A stretch of 64,000 nucleotides of DNA, from positions 620,001-684,000 of the forward strand of contig OZ237752.1 of assembly GCA_965178125.1 (NCBI GenBank). Direction: 5' to 3'. This DNA is from Bilabrum cf. latius (taxonomy: Eukaryota). The notes under the pieces were generated by a model, which saw nothing but the letters and a program-made list of their open reading frames with translations, had not been told where the DNA came from and made no database searches. This document shows positions 1 to 12,100 of the stretch, piece after piece; position 1 is the stretch's first letter, and every line of letters starts with the position of its first letter. A program made the position numbers and the translations under genes.

Positions 1-1533
1 AGTTCTGCTGGCACTGCGTCCGAGCTGCATGCAGTTGCGCTGTCGACCGCGAGCGCGTCCAACGGCGCGTCTGCCTTGGCAGCTGCATCCCGAGCTGTTG
101 CCAATGGATTGCCAAGGCTGTAGGCACTGCCGCCTGACCAACAGTTCGCCAAGGTGGTCCGGTGCATTCCCGCGTCACATCCTTCCGGTGTGTCCACTTT
201 GCATCTGGAGCTACCCGCGTGTGTTGAGACGTCCAGCATCGAGTGCATCCTCAGCCGGCTGAGTGTGGTGATCGACAGCGTCAGGCAGGACGCCGCCGCG
301 GAGGGCATGCACCGTGGCGATGAGGTCGAGAATGGTGTGGCTGAGCCAGACACCAACATGACGGTCCTCTCTCTGGTGCCGAGAGACGAGCTCGCTAGCC
401 ATCGCGGCCCACCCCATGCGGCGCACGATGGGCTCGCGGGGGTGACTGGACAAGACTCTGGGGGTGATTCTGGGCCTTCTGACGGCCATATGGGGCCGGG
501 CGCTCACAGATCAAAGTAGAGTGGGCTGCAAGCCTGGAGGGGTATCGATCGAGCTGATGAGGATGTGGACGTGAGTCTGAGGCAGATGGGACGCAAGTCG
601 GCCCGTAGGACCATGAGATCAAGCGCCGCCGACGGCGAAAGTGCCCAGTGGTCCCGGAAGCCGCACGCTGCAAGTTCTAGTACGAACGGCCCGGGGATAG
701 GCTCTGACGCACACCCCAGTGATGGTGGCCCATCATCTCGGGCTGCGAAGAGGCCACGCCTGTAGGATGCTATGCTGCAGGGCAATGGCACTGGGTCTGT
801 CAATGAACAGCAGCAGTAGTTTGGTGGCATGGCACTCCTCTCTCAGGTGGCTTAGTCGCGACTAGGGGCGCGCAGTGAAGCTGTCCGAATGCCTGCAGCC
901 CGCAGTGCGGCGGCCTCGGCTGGGTCTTGGAATGAACGGACTGGGAATGGAGCGAGCACCGGAATGGACGGTGAGGGCGGCAGACAAGGCAGCACGGGTA
1001 CGTCTATGGCAGCCGGTGAGTCATTCGTCCAGGGGCTCAGTGGTCTTTCTTCGATGGGATCGCCCGTTGGGCCAGTACCTGGGTCCATGCCACTATAGCA
1101 GTATGCAATCGAGGGGAGCTCCATGTCGTCGCTGCCTTCTGCACCCAGTGCTGGCTCCAATGGGGGCGGTGGGTCTGTTGGCATGAGAAGGCATGTCGCA
1201 CGTTATGACGGTGCTAGTGCCAGTGCAAGTGCTTCTGGTGTGGATGGATCGGCTTCTTCGAATGCGGAGATCGCCAACGGACGCCGCACGGTGCGCTGGA
1301 AGCATGCACATGACACGGAGCAAGCTAGTGCTAGTGCTAGTGGCGGCACTTCTGATGCAGCTGGAGCGGGCCAAATATCGCAAGCAGGTATTGAACAGGA
1401 TGACGTTTTGCTCACCCTGGACACTTCGCACCCGGATGGACCGCGGTGGGTCCGCCTTGACGCGCTGGAAGGGGCTTCAGCCAAGGTTGTTGAGCAGGCA
1501 TCATTGCCCCAGGGGGATGCTCGGAATCAGTGA
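1..1533 (+). CDS. Hypothetical Ser/Gly/Ala-rich protein, 5'-partial (TAG=Gln)
   Basis: ORFs 154, 565, 889 and 1123 share one frame and are separated only by TAG (e.g. CAG CAG CAG TAG at 808-819). Open from base 1 to TGA 1531-1533. No recognisable domain. Confidence 0.7.
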
Positions 1534-1766
1534 GGAGCTGGTAGCTATAGACTGAGGTGATTGGGAGCATTAAAACTGCTAGTTGTCCAATGCACTACAA
1601 CATGATGACTACTGCACCATTGCTCATCACTTCCAGATGGGTGGAGGTGGGAAACCACCGCCACTCCGTGAAGTAAACATCAGACGACTAGAATGGCCAT
1701 CATGATGGGACACTCGTCACTGTAGCTCGCTAGTCTACCGTTTGGAATTTCGACATTTCAGCCATA

Positions 1767-2729
1767 ATGGCCCAAGAAACTGTCGAGGGCGACCCAGATA
1801 TTCTGATTGGCGCGGCAGCAAAAAGCGCGCCGTCATTGCGAGGGGCTTTTGAAGGCTTCTTAAAGCGTCGAAGAGATGCTGCCGAGTCCGACGCATCCGC
1901 TGCTCGTGGCAAAGCTGGGGCTAAAGTAAAACCATGGCAAAGAAAGCCAAAAGCAGGCGAATCTAAAGAAACAAAACCAAACAATGCTGTGAAAGGCCCA
2001 GTGCCAGCGACTGGTACCTCTGAAGCAGTCACTGTGGCGAAGCCAGCAATTTTAAATTCGTCAGAACTACGAGTCATGTTTCTTAGACAGGCCCTCAGGT
2101 ACGTTGGTGTAGGTTATAAGAAGAAATACTTCCATGAGGACGAGGAAGAATTTAAACAGCCCTTAAGTCTGGACTGCTGCGGGCTGGTACGCCGCACGAT
2201 GTGGGACATGGCAGAAGAGCTTGGCTACAGACTTGGCAGATGGAACTAGGCCTACATGTTTGATACCTTGATATCACACGAGGTATATTCAATCGGAGAG
2301 ATGCTTCCTGGGGACCTTGTGTTCTACTAGGGTACCTACACGAAGCCAGGAGCACGCCAGCAAAAGCATCGCATGGTGCACATCGAAATATTCTTGGGCG
2401 GGCCATCCGGCATGGCGACATTAGGCTCGCGGTGGCGCAGTGGGGTCGTGAGCATATTTCCCTCGATGCGGTTCTCGAGCACGAGCTGGAAAGACGTTAC
2501 GATCCGCCTGTGCCGCATCGAGCCGTGGCTGCGTGGCCTCTGCGTACCCGAGCACCCCACGCTCTGGGAGGGCAGCACCGCCAAGCGTGCGCGTGACAAG
2601 CGGTCCGTGTTCTTCAGCGGGTCGGGAAAGGGTGGGAGCGGGGCAGCGGCTGGTGGAGCCGATGGGGAGGATGAGGGCGAGCAGGATGAGGGCGAAGGCT
2701 CGGAGGGGCAGGACGGGGACCAAGGGTAA
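1767..2729 (+). CDS. NlpC/P60-like cysteine-peptidase-fold protein (~320 aa, TAG=Gln)
   Basis: Motifs ALRYVGVGY...LDCCGLVR...WN[TAG]AYMFDTL...PGDLVFY[TAG]G...MVHIEIFLG. ORFs 1767 and 2373 join through two TAGs and end at TAA. Confidence 0.8.
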
Positions 2730-2870
2730 CTCCGCCCGTGGGACTAGACCTAGTGCCAGCATGGCATCGCCCGGGTCGCTCGTGTATGCCTGGCTCACAC
2801 GCTGCAACATCCAGAGCAGCGACTCGGAGTTGGATCGCAGGTGAATCGATCAACCCTTGCCCACCTTGCA

Positions 2871-5800
2871 ATGGCAAGCTGGAAGCTGCTCGTGCCTGGC
2901 TTTCCTGATACTAGGTAGCCGCTAGGGAGGAGTGGGAGCACGACTAGTCGAGCAGAGCAAGAGGCAAATGCGTGTGCCGCAGCAGCGCAATCTGCGACAG
3001 CTGTTGTGACGGAGAACGCTGGGACGTCTCCTTCAAACTGCTTTGTGGTCAACGATGCCGCTTCCATTGCAAGAATGGCTTCACAAATAGCAGGCAGTGG
3101 CGAGACTGGGCAGGAAGGGCTCGTTTTGTAGCTAGTAGGACATCCGTCATCTAGCGATAGAATTCACGGTGTGCTTGTCGGAAAGGTGGGCCCAAATCTC
3201 GAATTGAGATCAACGTTTTTTGCATCTGGTCTATCAAAGGAGCAGCAAACACCGCGGAAAATGTGGGTTGATGCGTGCATGGCAGCTCTGGCGAGCTCTT
3301 CACATTCATTTAAGATAGCGTTTCATTGGCAGCCTCAGGCCTCTGCGATTATCGATGCCCTCGGTGGAGTCAAACATGACTCATGTATAAATGCTAATGT
3401 AGAAGATGCCCATCTCTTGTGCTGGGCGACAAATCCAGACGTGTGGGGCGCCTTGGGGCCTGACTGCTCGCTGCAGTCAGCACTATCCAGCATTCCGAGC
3501 AAAGTGCCCCAGTCAAGGTCTCGCGATGTAGACCCGAAATCAAATCCAGCTGCTCCTGCCTGGATTGCGGCTCAGCGGTACCTGCAAGGCATCATTTCCC
3601 TGTGGGGCGCGGCGAGGGCGAGGTGCCGGGCGAGGGCACTCCTCCCCTCGATGCGAGCCCTCCGGTTCAGCATTGCACCTTGGCTAGCGCAAACAGCGGC
3701 AAATGGAGTACCTGTTGACGCAGGCATGCTGAGGTGGGCGCTGCAACGGTCTCGCCAGGCTGCGGACGCGTGCGAGCGCGAGACCATCACGCTCGCTAGA
3801 CGCCTCGCCGCCTTGTCCCCCCGCGCGGCCACTGGGGCCACCCTGGCTTCCCTGCTGCAGCAGCTCTCCACGCCATCTGGGCTCGGCCGGTTTCTGTTCG
3901 AGCATTTAGGACTGCCCACTCCCTCGCACGCGTACCGCACGGAGTCCACCTCGGCGGCAGCGGCGGCCAGGCAGGCGATGACTGGCAGGCGACGACGGAC
4001 GGCAGGACAGTAGGACGGTCGCGCGGGGCCCGGCGGGAAGAAAGGAGCCGACAGTGGATGGGTGAGCACATCAAAATCAGTGCTACAGGATGTGGCGCGA
4101 TGCACGGCTGCCTGGTGCCGGCTGCCGCCAGATGCCATCGATGGATGGGTGCCGCATGGTGCTGGTGCTGGTGCTGGTGCTGGTGCTGGTGCTGGTGCTG
4201 GTGCTGGTGCTGGAGCTGCAGAATCAAATCCATAGCTGGACGCCAGCAACAACCAGATCATGTCTGAAGATGGCACTGGGTTTGACAAGGCACCAAGCCA
4301 ACAGGTTGTGCTGCCACCTGCGGGGGCAGTCATATCGCCCTTTCTGCCACGAATGCTCCGGCTCGTGGCACGGTCTCGCGCCCTGCGCAAACTGAGCGAA
4401 TCTGTTCTGCAGGCCATGGTGGACTCCCTCGACAAACGCAGGGCACTGGCATCCAGCAAAATTTCTAGGAATACCAAAGCAGATAGCGAGGCGATTGCCT
4501 GCGATTCGGGGCCTGCTGTGAACGGTAGTACAGCGGTTTCGGCGGCGAATGCACCCGCTGCTGCATCTGGAGCTGGTGGTGATCTCCCCACAGACGGGAT
4601 AATCGCGCCCATGGATGCAGCCACTGTCCCAGATGACTCTGCCATTGGCTCAGACTTAACCCCAGCGCCCGGCCGCATCATGGCTCGCCCCTGCCAGGTG
4701 TCCTCTGCCACAGGCAGGGTCGTGGTTACAGAGCCCTCAATGCAGGCACTGCCGGTGGCCAAGGGCACCCCAATTGAGCTGAAAGCCGCTCCACCGCTGG
4801 AGTCGGGTGCTACTGGTGTGGCCAGCGGCACTTAGGTAGGCAAGCTAGAGAGTGAAGCCCTGGACGGCGATCTGGGATACCTGTGGGAGTGCTGCAGGAA
4901 CGCCGTGCGACCGGTGCCGATTCGCACACGAACAGCCTCGGGTACTGAAGAAGGATCGTGCATCCGTCCATTGGACGGACCTTTAATCGGATCAGGCCCT
5001 GGCCCAGGTTGGCTCACTGTCTGTATCGACTACTCGCAGGTGGAGATGAGGATGCTGGCGCACCTGTGTGGCGATACGGTATTGCAGTCTGCATTCCGCA
5101 GCGAGAGCGGAGAGGATGTCTATGAAGAGATAGCTAGACTTGCCTTTCACATACCAAAGGAAGAGAAGGTGACCGTGGAGAAGCGGCGGTAGGCCAAGGC
5201 AGCTTCCTTGGGGGTGGTGTACGGGCTGGGGTCGCAGGCGCTGGCCAGCCAGCTCGGTGGCGACGTGGATGCCGCCCAAGACGTCAAGGAGAGGCTGCTC
5301 GTGGCTTTTCCCGGGGTCTTGTCTTGGCAGCAGAAGCTTCGCGATTTTGCAAGGGAGCATGGGTTCATCCCCACCGCGGGTGGGAGGCGGAGGGTGCTCG
5401 CAGCTGCCCAGGGTGGCGCCTCCCGACAGGCGCGAGCCTACGGATAGAGGCAAGCGGTGAACTCCATTGTGCAGGGCAGCGCGGCGGATCTCCTCTGCGC
5501 TGCTGTCGCTCTCGTACACGGTGTGCTGCTGCCAGCCGCAAACATTCTATCGAAACCGGCTTCGAAAGCAATAGGTGTGGGTGATGTCGAATAGCTATCT
5601 GCGTGCCTGGGGAACCACAGGGACGATCCTTTGCTCCATGTGGCAGTCCTGAGGATATGCAGGGCAGTGGTAGCCAAGCTCGCAGGCCTGGATCTGCCAA
5701 CCCTTGATGTTCTGGCACGATCCAGGCTCACCCTGTCTGTCCACGACGAGCTGGTCCTTGCCGTTCCGTGCGACTCGCCCGCCATAGAGAACAAAGGTGA

Positions 5801-6347
5801 GGGCAGGGCCGTTAGCTAGAGCGGGCAAGCGCTCGCGTCTCCTGCCAAGCAAGCCGCTGGAGCGATTGCTTGGGTGATGAAGGAGAGTGCGGCCTCGCTT
5901 GTGGCAGCCACGGGTCAAGCACACGTCAGGGGGCTCATGCGGCAGGCGCAGCTGGCTGGGTGGCTGAAGCTAGGGCAGGACCGCCGAGGGAGAAGTGCAG
6001 GCGGTCGGGCTGCAGAATCGAAGGAGGTCGAGCAACTTAGTTTTCCAACGGAAGATGAGTAGCGCAGGCTACAGCTGGTGAAGGTGCCTCTGCAGCACCT
6101 GCCAGCACCCTCGACAGAGACGCCGTGGGCAGGGGGTCAGTGGGTGTGGGCAGACGCAAGGCGGTGCGTACTGGCGAGGGATGCTGCGTCTCTCCTGGGA
6201 AGCAAGTAGAAAACGCAAGAGGCCGGTGCAGGCGCATCGGGGCACCCTGCAGACAGCGATACTTCAGAGCCGTCCTTGGCCGTGCCGTTCTCGTGCAAGG
6301 TCTCTGGAGGCCTGTCGTACGGCGAGCAGGAGTCTTGGCTGGATTGA
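2871..6347 (+). CDS. Family A DNA polymerase (Pol theta/nu-like polymerase domain, no helicase domain; ~1158 aa, TAG=Gln)
   Basis: TGRVVVTEPSMQALP; motif A IDYSQVEMRMLAHL; motif B RR[TAG]AKAASLGVVYG; RQAVNSIVQGSAAD; motif C LSVHDELVL; C-terminal LAVPFSCKVSGGLSYGE before TGA 6345. One frame throughout. Start ATG 2871 is tentative. Confidence 0.9.
4158..4211 (+). repeat. (GGTGCT)n hexamer repeat encoding (Gly-Ala)n inside the polymerase
   Basis: Directly visible tandem hexamer, in frame with the polymerase ORF. Confidence 0.9.
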
Positions 6348-6479
6348 TTGCGTCCAGAGCAATTACATTCCATTTGAGTCCCGTGCCAAAACGCTCCAAC
6401 CGCGTGTCATGTTAGGTCAACAATACCAACAAACACCGATTCCACTCCCCTCCCCCCCTTTGCCCGACTCTGTGCTAAG

Positions 6480-8993
6480 TCAGTTCGCCAGCGGGTTCTC
6501 CTCGCCTCCAATGAACCTGGCAAGCACGAGTGCCACTGTCCCGATTACAGAAAAGACTCTGAAGACAAAACCCGGCGTTACTGGCGTGCCAAAGATGGTA
6601 ACCGCGTCCATCATATCAGACGACTACAGCAACGAAGCCACCCTGCTTTCATTCCGTCTCACGGTCCACTCCAGCGCACTGCCATGCGGGGCCCGCATGA
6701 CCGCCAGCATCGCTGCTTTCATGCCTCTTGATACACCAGCAGGCAGCAGCAGCATAAGGCAAGCCACGATCTCAAACATTACCCCAAATACGAACACCTA
6801 TGCCGCTACACCCGAGTCTAGACCCACTGCGACCACCGCGAAGCTGACCCCCACCAGCACAAGCAGCCCAGCACAAGCGCCATAAAGCGCACCAACGGCA
6901 TGCGAGTAGAACGCCACGCATCGGCGAAGCTCGCCCTGCCGATCCAAAGCCAGCTCAAACGCAGTCTGCGCGAGCCACGGCGGGAGCTGCCCTTGCGAAA
7001 TAGCGCCAGGTTGAGTGCTTGCTTTCGGCTGCGCACCAGCAGGTGACTGTACCGCCTCCTGGGAGGAATTTGGTGGTGAATGCCGACGACGAAGACCTGT
7101 TTGATCCGCATCTTGGTCGGGCACCTGGCTCTGCACCAACTCAGCCTGTTCAAACTCATCTGACACGTCGTGAGCAGGGGCGCGCAGAGCAGCCAGCAGC
7201 TCGACCAAGCCTCTTTGCCTGGAGGTGGCCGCCAGCATGAACGAGAAAGACACGTAGACCCAGTATATTCCAAAGATGAGCGAGCTGGCTGGAGCAAAAA
7301 ACAGCACAGTCACGAGCAGCCCGTCTGCCCCCACGCCACCGCTTGTGGCTTGCGATACCAGGTCCATCCCAACTGGAATCGCAAACAACACAAGAAGTAC
7401 AGCCGCAAAAATTTCTCCGGATGAAGATATCGCTTCAGGCGGGAGCATATCCAGACAGTATAACCCGGTGCGCAGCACTGGCTTTGCCCACTCTCGCGCC
7501 GAGGGCACTGCATGCAGACCACACCTTGTCGGCTCCCTTCGGCTTTCGTGTCGGCCCGCGGCTTTCCAGTTAGCATTTTGCATCAGACATGACATGGCTC
7601 CCACAAATGGACCGACAGCCAGGTGGTCTTGCAGTGCGCTGTCACGTGGCTCCACAAAGGCCTCGGGGGGCAGCGTGCCGCACGCCGTGCCGGTGTCGCC
7701 GCCTGTCGACAGCGGCTCATCTCCCGCACGCCGCTCGTTCTAAGACGCGTCAGTGCTCAACTGTATCGGCATACTGTGACCCGTAGGGGGCAATTCAGTC
7801 GCTCCAGGGGTGGACATCGATGCGCTGTGCCGACCGGTCACCGGGTCTGACTTGCTCTGCCGCGGCGATACACGGTTTCCTGTGTTGGATCCTCGGGCAT
7901 CGAAGCAAGCACAAGAAAGGCAGCTAGCAAGACAACTGCAACATCCAGCTGCGGGATCTGGTTCCGGTGCCAGCCTCGCGTGCCACTCTGCGCGCTTGCA
8001 TTGCACGTATTGACGGAACGGGTCCGCGGTGGCCTGCTGCCGCCGAGTCTCGTGGCCGGCACTGGTCTGTGTGCAAGCCACCGCGGATGCTGGCGCTGTC
8101 GATCTGCGCAATGGTTGCAGTTGTACCTGGACATCTCCACCGGGAGATTCATTGGCGTCTGTCGGTGCTGCAGTCGGGGGTTGATCTGATTCGACTTGCA
8201 CTGTGGCTACTGGGATGGAAGCGCTGCTGGCAGCGGCTGACGCTGGAATGTACGGCAATGTACTACTGGACGATACTGGCTGGTCTGCTTGCCTACAAGG
8301 TGCCGTGTTGGCATCATTGGCGCTATGAAAATTTCCAATGGAGCCAAAGCGAATGGCTCGGCTGCTGCTTGCCTGCTTCCACAGGGGTCTGTCGCGTATT
8401 GCCGGCCTTGCCTGCCGGCCGCACCCGCACATGTCGCTGAAGGGTTCCCTCGGCAGCACGGAATGTCGATCACCAGTCGACCACTCCCAGCTACCCAAAA
8501 AGGGTGCATCTGGGACCCCACCGCCACCTACTGCGACCACAGGACCCAGCGCGACGGTCGACACCGTGAACGTCATCACAATGGCAGTTGGGAGCGCAAT
8601 CCAAACGCATGCAATGAAGAACCATCGCAAGTCCCATGTTGGAACGAAACCATCCAGTTCTGTGGCTTCAAATCCAGCTGCTCGTCTCGCGGCAGGAAAC
8701 GTGATAATGAATTGAACTGTGCATACGAGCAGCATCCCGACTTGCCAGCATGGCTACCAGCAGGCCAGACAACCACACCCATTGTTGGATGACGTAGGAC
8801 AAACCGATCCAAACGATGGCGGATGGGATATTTCACATAAATCACTCGAACGCTGCGGAACGTGAACTGTGGGACCGCCAGATCCTATCTGATCGCCACG
8901 AAGGATGGGGTAGGTCACTCCCATATACTGTGAGAATAGATGAAACCGAGAGCTTTCCAATCGCGCTAGATATTTCTTGATCGGATCAGCCAT
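6480..8993 (-). CDS. Seven-TM membrane protein, candidate gustatory-receptor-like (7TMIC/GRL, DUF3537-like) ion channel (~837 aa, TAG=Gln)
   Basis: ORFs 8754-9074, 7740-8735 and 6798-7655 share a frame, are joined by TAGs and continue to TGA 6480. Seven hydrophobic segments. C-terminal AVTIFGTPVTPGFVFRVFSVIGTVALVLARFI resembles the TM7a/TM7b pattern. The ORF is solid; the family is inferred. Confidence 0.65.
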
Positions 8994-9140
8994 TTTATAC
9001 TTCAGTCGGTGAGGTAGGAGGGTTGCAAGGCGTTGGCCTCGAGGCCCTCGCCCAGAACGAAGCAACGGAAGCACGAGGAACGTTCGCTATCAGCGTCGCG
9101 GTTCACTGACTTTTATTGCTCGTTATCACAAGCAATTGGA

Positions 9141-12100
9141 ATGAAATGCCAAGTTAGAGGCACAGGATTTGTTGCATAGTAGCTAGTTGGTGTGCTTGCT
9201 CGACACTTGCATGCAGCTAGGCCAGTTCGTCGCACTGGTCGACACTGGCGTCGCGGCAGGCCGAGACCTCTGACTGTCCCGTCTTTAGGATGGAATCAAT
9301 GGCATAACGGGTGCACCTGTCGGTAGAATAGATTTTAGCGTAGTATTTCATAGCAGAGCATCGGAGGCCTGCCGCAAAAGCGACAGTCATCCACGACGAC
9401 ATCTGTGCTTAGAGACGCCGCAGAGCTGTCAATTATTTTGCGGTCTGATCGATCGCAATAGTAGCGCTTGTTCGAACGGTAGCTAAGTAACCAAGAGAGA
9501 GATGATGCAGCCCTGGAGTTGTCCGAAGCTTTGCACAAATTGGATGCGAAGGCCAAGTTGTTGTCGTTGGAAGAGCTCAGCGTAGCTGCTGAGATCGCAG
9601 GAACATCCGGCATCTGGAGGTCAGGATCGCAGATGAGCGCCGCAGGCATCCTAGGTACCATTGTATCGGAGACACGGCTGCGGTGGGAGTGCGATGGCCC
9701 TGTCACCACAGAGCCAAGCCAGCCTGGGGGAGGCGAGCACGATCGGGAGACTCCAGTCGACGTTGCCAGCGCAAGCGCACGAGATCCGGAATCAATGTCC
9801 CGGTGGCCGACCGCAGCCGCTCACACTGAGAGCATCGTCCGATTCAGCAGGGCAGCCGGGGCTGCCATGCTGCACGCCGCCCTGCAGGCTCGACTCAGCC
9901 GGTCAGCAGCCAGCGACCCTGACTCTAGTGCACCGGACGTAGCCCCTCCACCAGAGGAGGCCGAGTGGCTGGCAGCGTTTGCTGCAAGTGGAATTGCCGC
10001 AGCAGCGCGCAATATTCCTGAGGCTCGTCTAGCGAAGTATCCTGACGAAATTGGTCGTTAGGCGGCATCTGCGGGGCATGCTGGCACCGCTGATCTGCGG
10101 GCGGTCGCTGCAGCTCTGCAGGCACTAAGCCCCTAGCGCATTCTAGCAGGGGCGTGCGATGGAAGCGTTGCTTCAGTGGTTGATGATGACGCGGGCTCGG
10201 TGGTTGAGGTTCTTCACAGGGATAGATAGGAATTGCTGAGCGTGCTGAACCGCTGGATCGGCCCGTTCTATGTGGGTGCGGCCCGTGCCGTAGCGAGCGG
10301 GCTCGGTCGGCTGAGATCGAAGGCAACAGTGTACACATACATGACAGCTATCGGGCGGGGTCACTCCAGAGAGGCAAATGATTTGAAAGGTGGGCTGGGC
10401 GATGGGATGAGCCCGCGCATGCATCTGTTGGCCGGCAGAGAGGCAGAGCCCTCGAAGGTAGGCACGGTGGAGGGGGTGCAGCTAGCTGCAGACTTGGGCA
10501 AATGCATGCTGGAGGCAAGAAAACTCGTATCTGAAGTGGACCTCCCGCGCCCCTCCCCGCGTCTGGTAACGCGAACGGGGCCGTTCTCGCCTTGGGCAAG
10601 CCTGAGCCGCATAGTGCGCTGGTCTCTGCGCGCTGGAGCCAGCTCGGAGATTGCGCAACGGGGCGGGCACGTGCTGGCCTTACCACTCGCAGAGGTGATT
10701 CTGACCCTTAGAGCCGCAGCTGCTGCCACAGCATAGGCAGATCTTGCACCTAGCGGGCCATAGACTGATGTCATTCATTGGCCTGCAGATCCAGAGCTCC
10801 AGCTGCTGGCCTTGCCAGCGATCATTGGCTCGAATGCCCCACCGGATGACGATGTGGCTCACCCCCCTGGCGTGCTGACTCGGGCCATAGGAGCGATGAC
10901 CTCGTGGATAGGCAGCCAGCTCGGCGTGAGGGCCTTCAGCATCAGCCCTCGGGCGGTGACTGCCCCTCGTCTGTACGCCGCCATCCACGTGTGGCCCTCT
11001 AGCCAGCGCGACCGAGTCGGCACCGAATCTAAATCTGAACCAGGAAACCTCACATCTGTGCGCGCGCCCCCTCCGCGCCAGCGACAGGACGCAATGCAGC
11101 TGCTCCTGGACCTGACCGAGGAATCGGCGTCAAAACTCGTCCGAGAGTGGGCGGCATCGGCAGACAGCTTGAATACCTCTCGAGATGACAGCACGCTGTG
11201 CATGCTGCGTCCACCAGAGCATGGAATCGTGACCGAAAACCATTTTGGTTCGTCTGTTGAAGAGGAGGGGGCCAGTGATAGCACAAGTGCCCCGATTCCA
11301 TTCTGGGACCTAGGGCCGTTGGACAAATCCGGCGGTTCCGGTGCGCCACAGGTTGAAGCGGTGAAAGCAACCAAACCAGATCCAGCTGACACGGAAAGCA
11401 CGAACACTGAAGAGCATAGCAAGACCATTGCAAAGCCAAAGTGGCTCGAATAGATCGGTCCCTTGGGCGGAGCATTGGCTGGGGACGATGGGTTGTCTTC
11501 ACAAGGCGCCGATGACGGCGCGTGGGAGGAGGCTGATCCTCGTGGTGACCTCGCAGCTTCCGTGCTTAGCGCGGCCAGCGAAATTATCCCGTCTGACCTT
11601 GCCGCTGCTCTGCTGGGATGCAGGCGCGATGACGAGAGCCTCGTCGGGGTCTCGCCTGTCTATAGCGCCACGGACATCAGGGCAGCGATCGACACTCTGT
11701 CATAGGAAGAGGACAAAGCGCCTTTGGAAGACGCAGTTCAAGAGCCTGTGACTCGAGTCAAGGTGCGCATCGGTCCCACTGGCGATGAACCAAATAGCGA
11801 CAGCTGCTCCCAGCAAGGTCAAGGCCATAGCTCGCACCCGGATGCTCGCCTGCAAGACGTCAAGATCAGGGGGCCTTTCGCTATTCTGAGGCGATTCAGA
11901 AGCGGCCTTGGCGCGGGAGTAGACAGCTAGGAAGGAGAGTAGTGGGTGCTGCAGTGGTCAACGCCAGGCACTGGCAGCGAGGGCGCCCTGGCCCACCAGC
12001 GGGAGGGTCGCATGCCGTGGGAGGCCGAGTTCGATTTCGAGTGGAGCGCGCCGGAAGACTCGAACAGAGCAGAGCCGAAGCATCCAGCCCACGTTAGAAG

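Noticed and set aside
2761-2844. Possible upstream exon of the polymerase (ATG 2761...CAG|GTGAAT)
   Set aside because: No clear compatible acceptor was identified, and an in-frame ATG at 2871 suffices; left unresolved.
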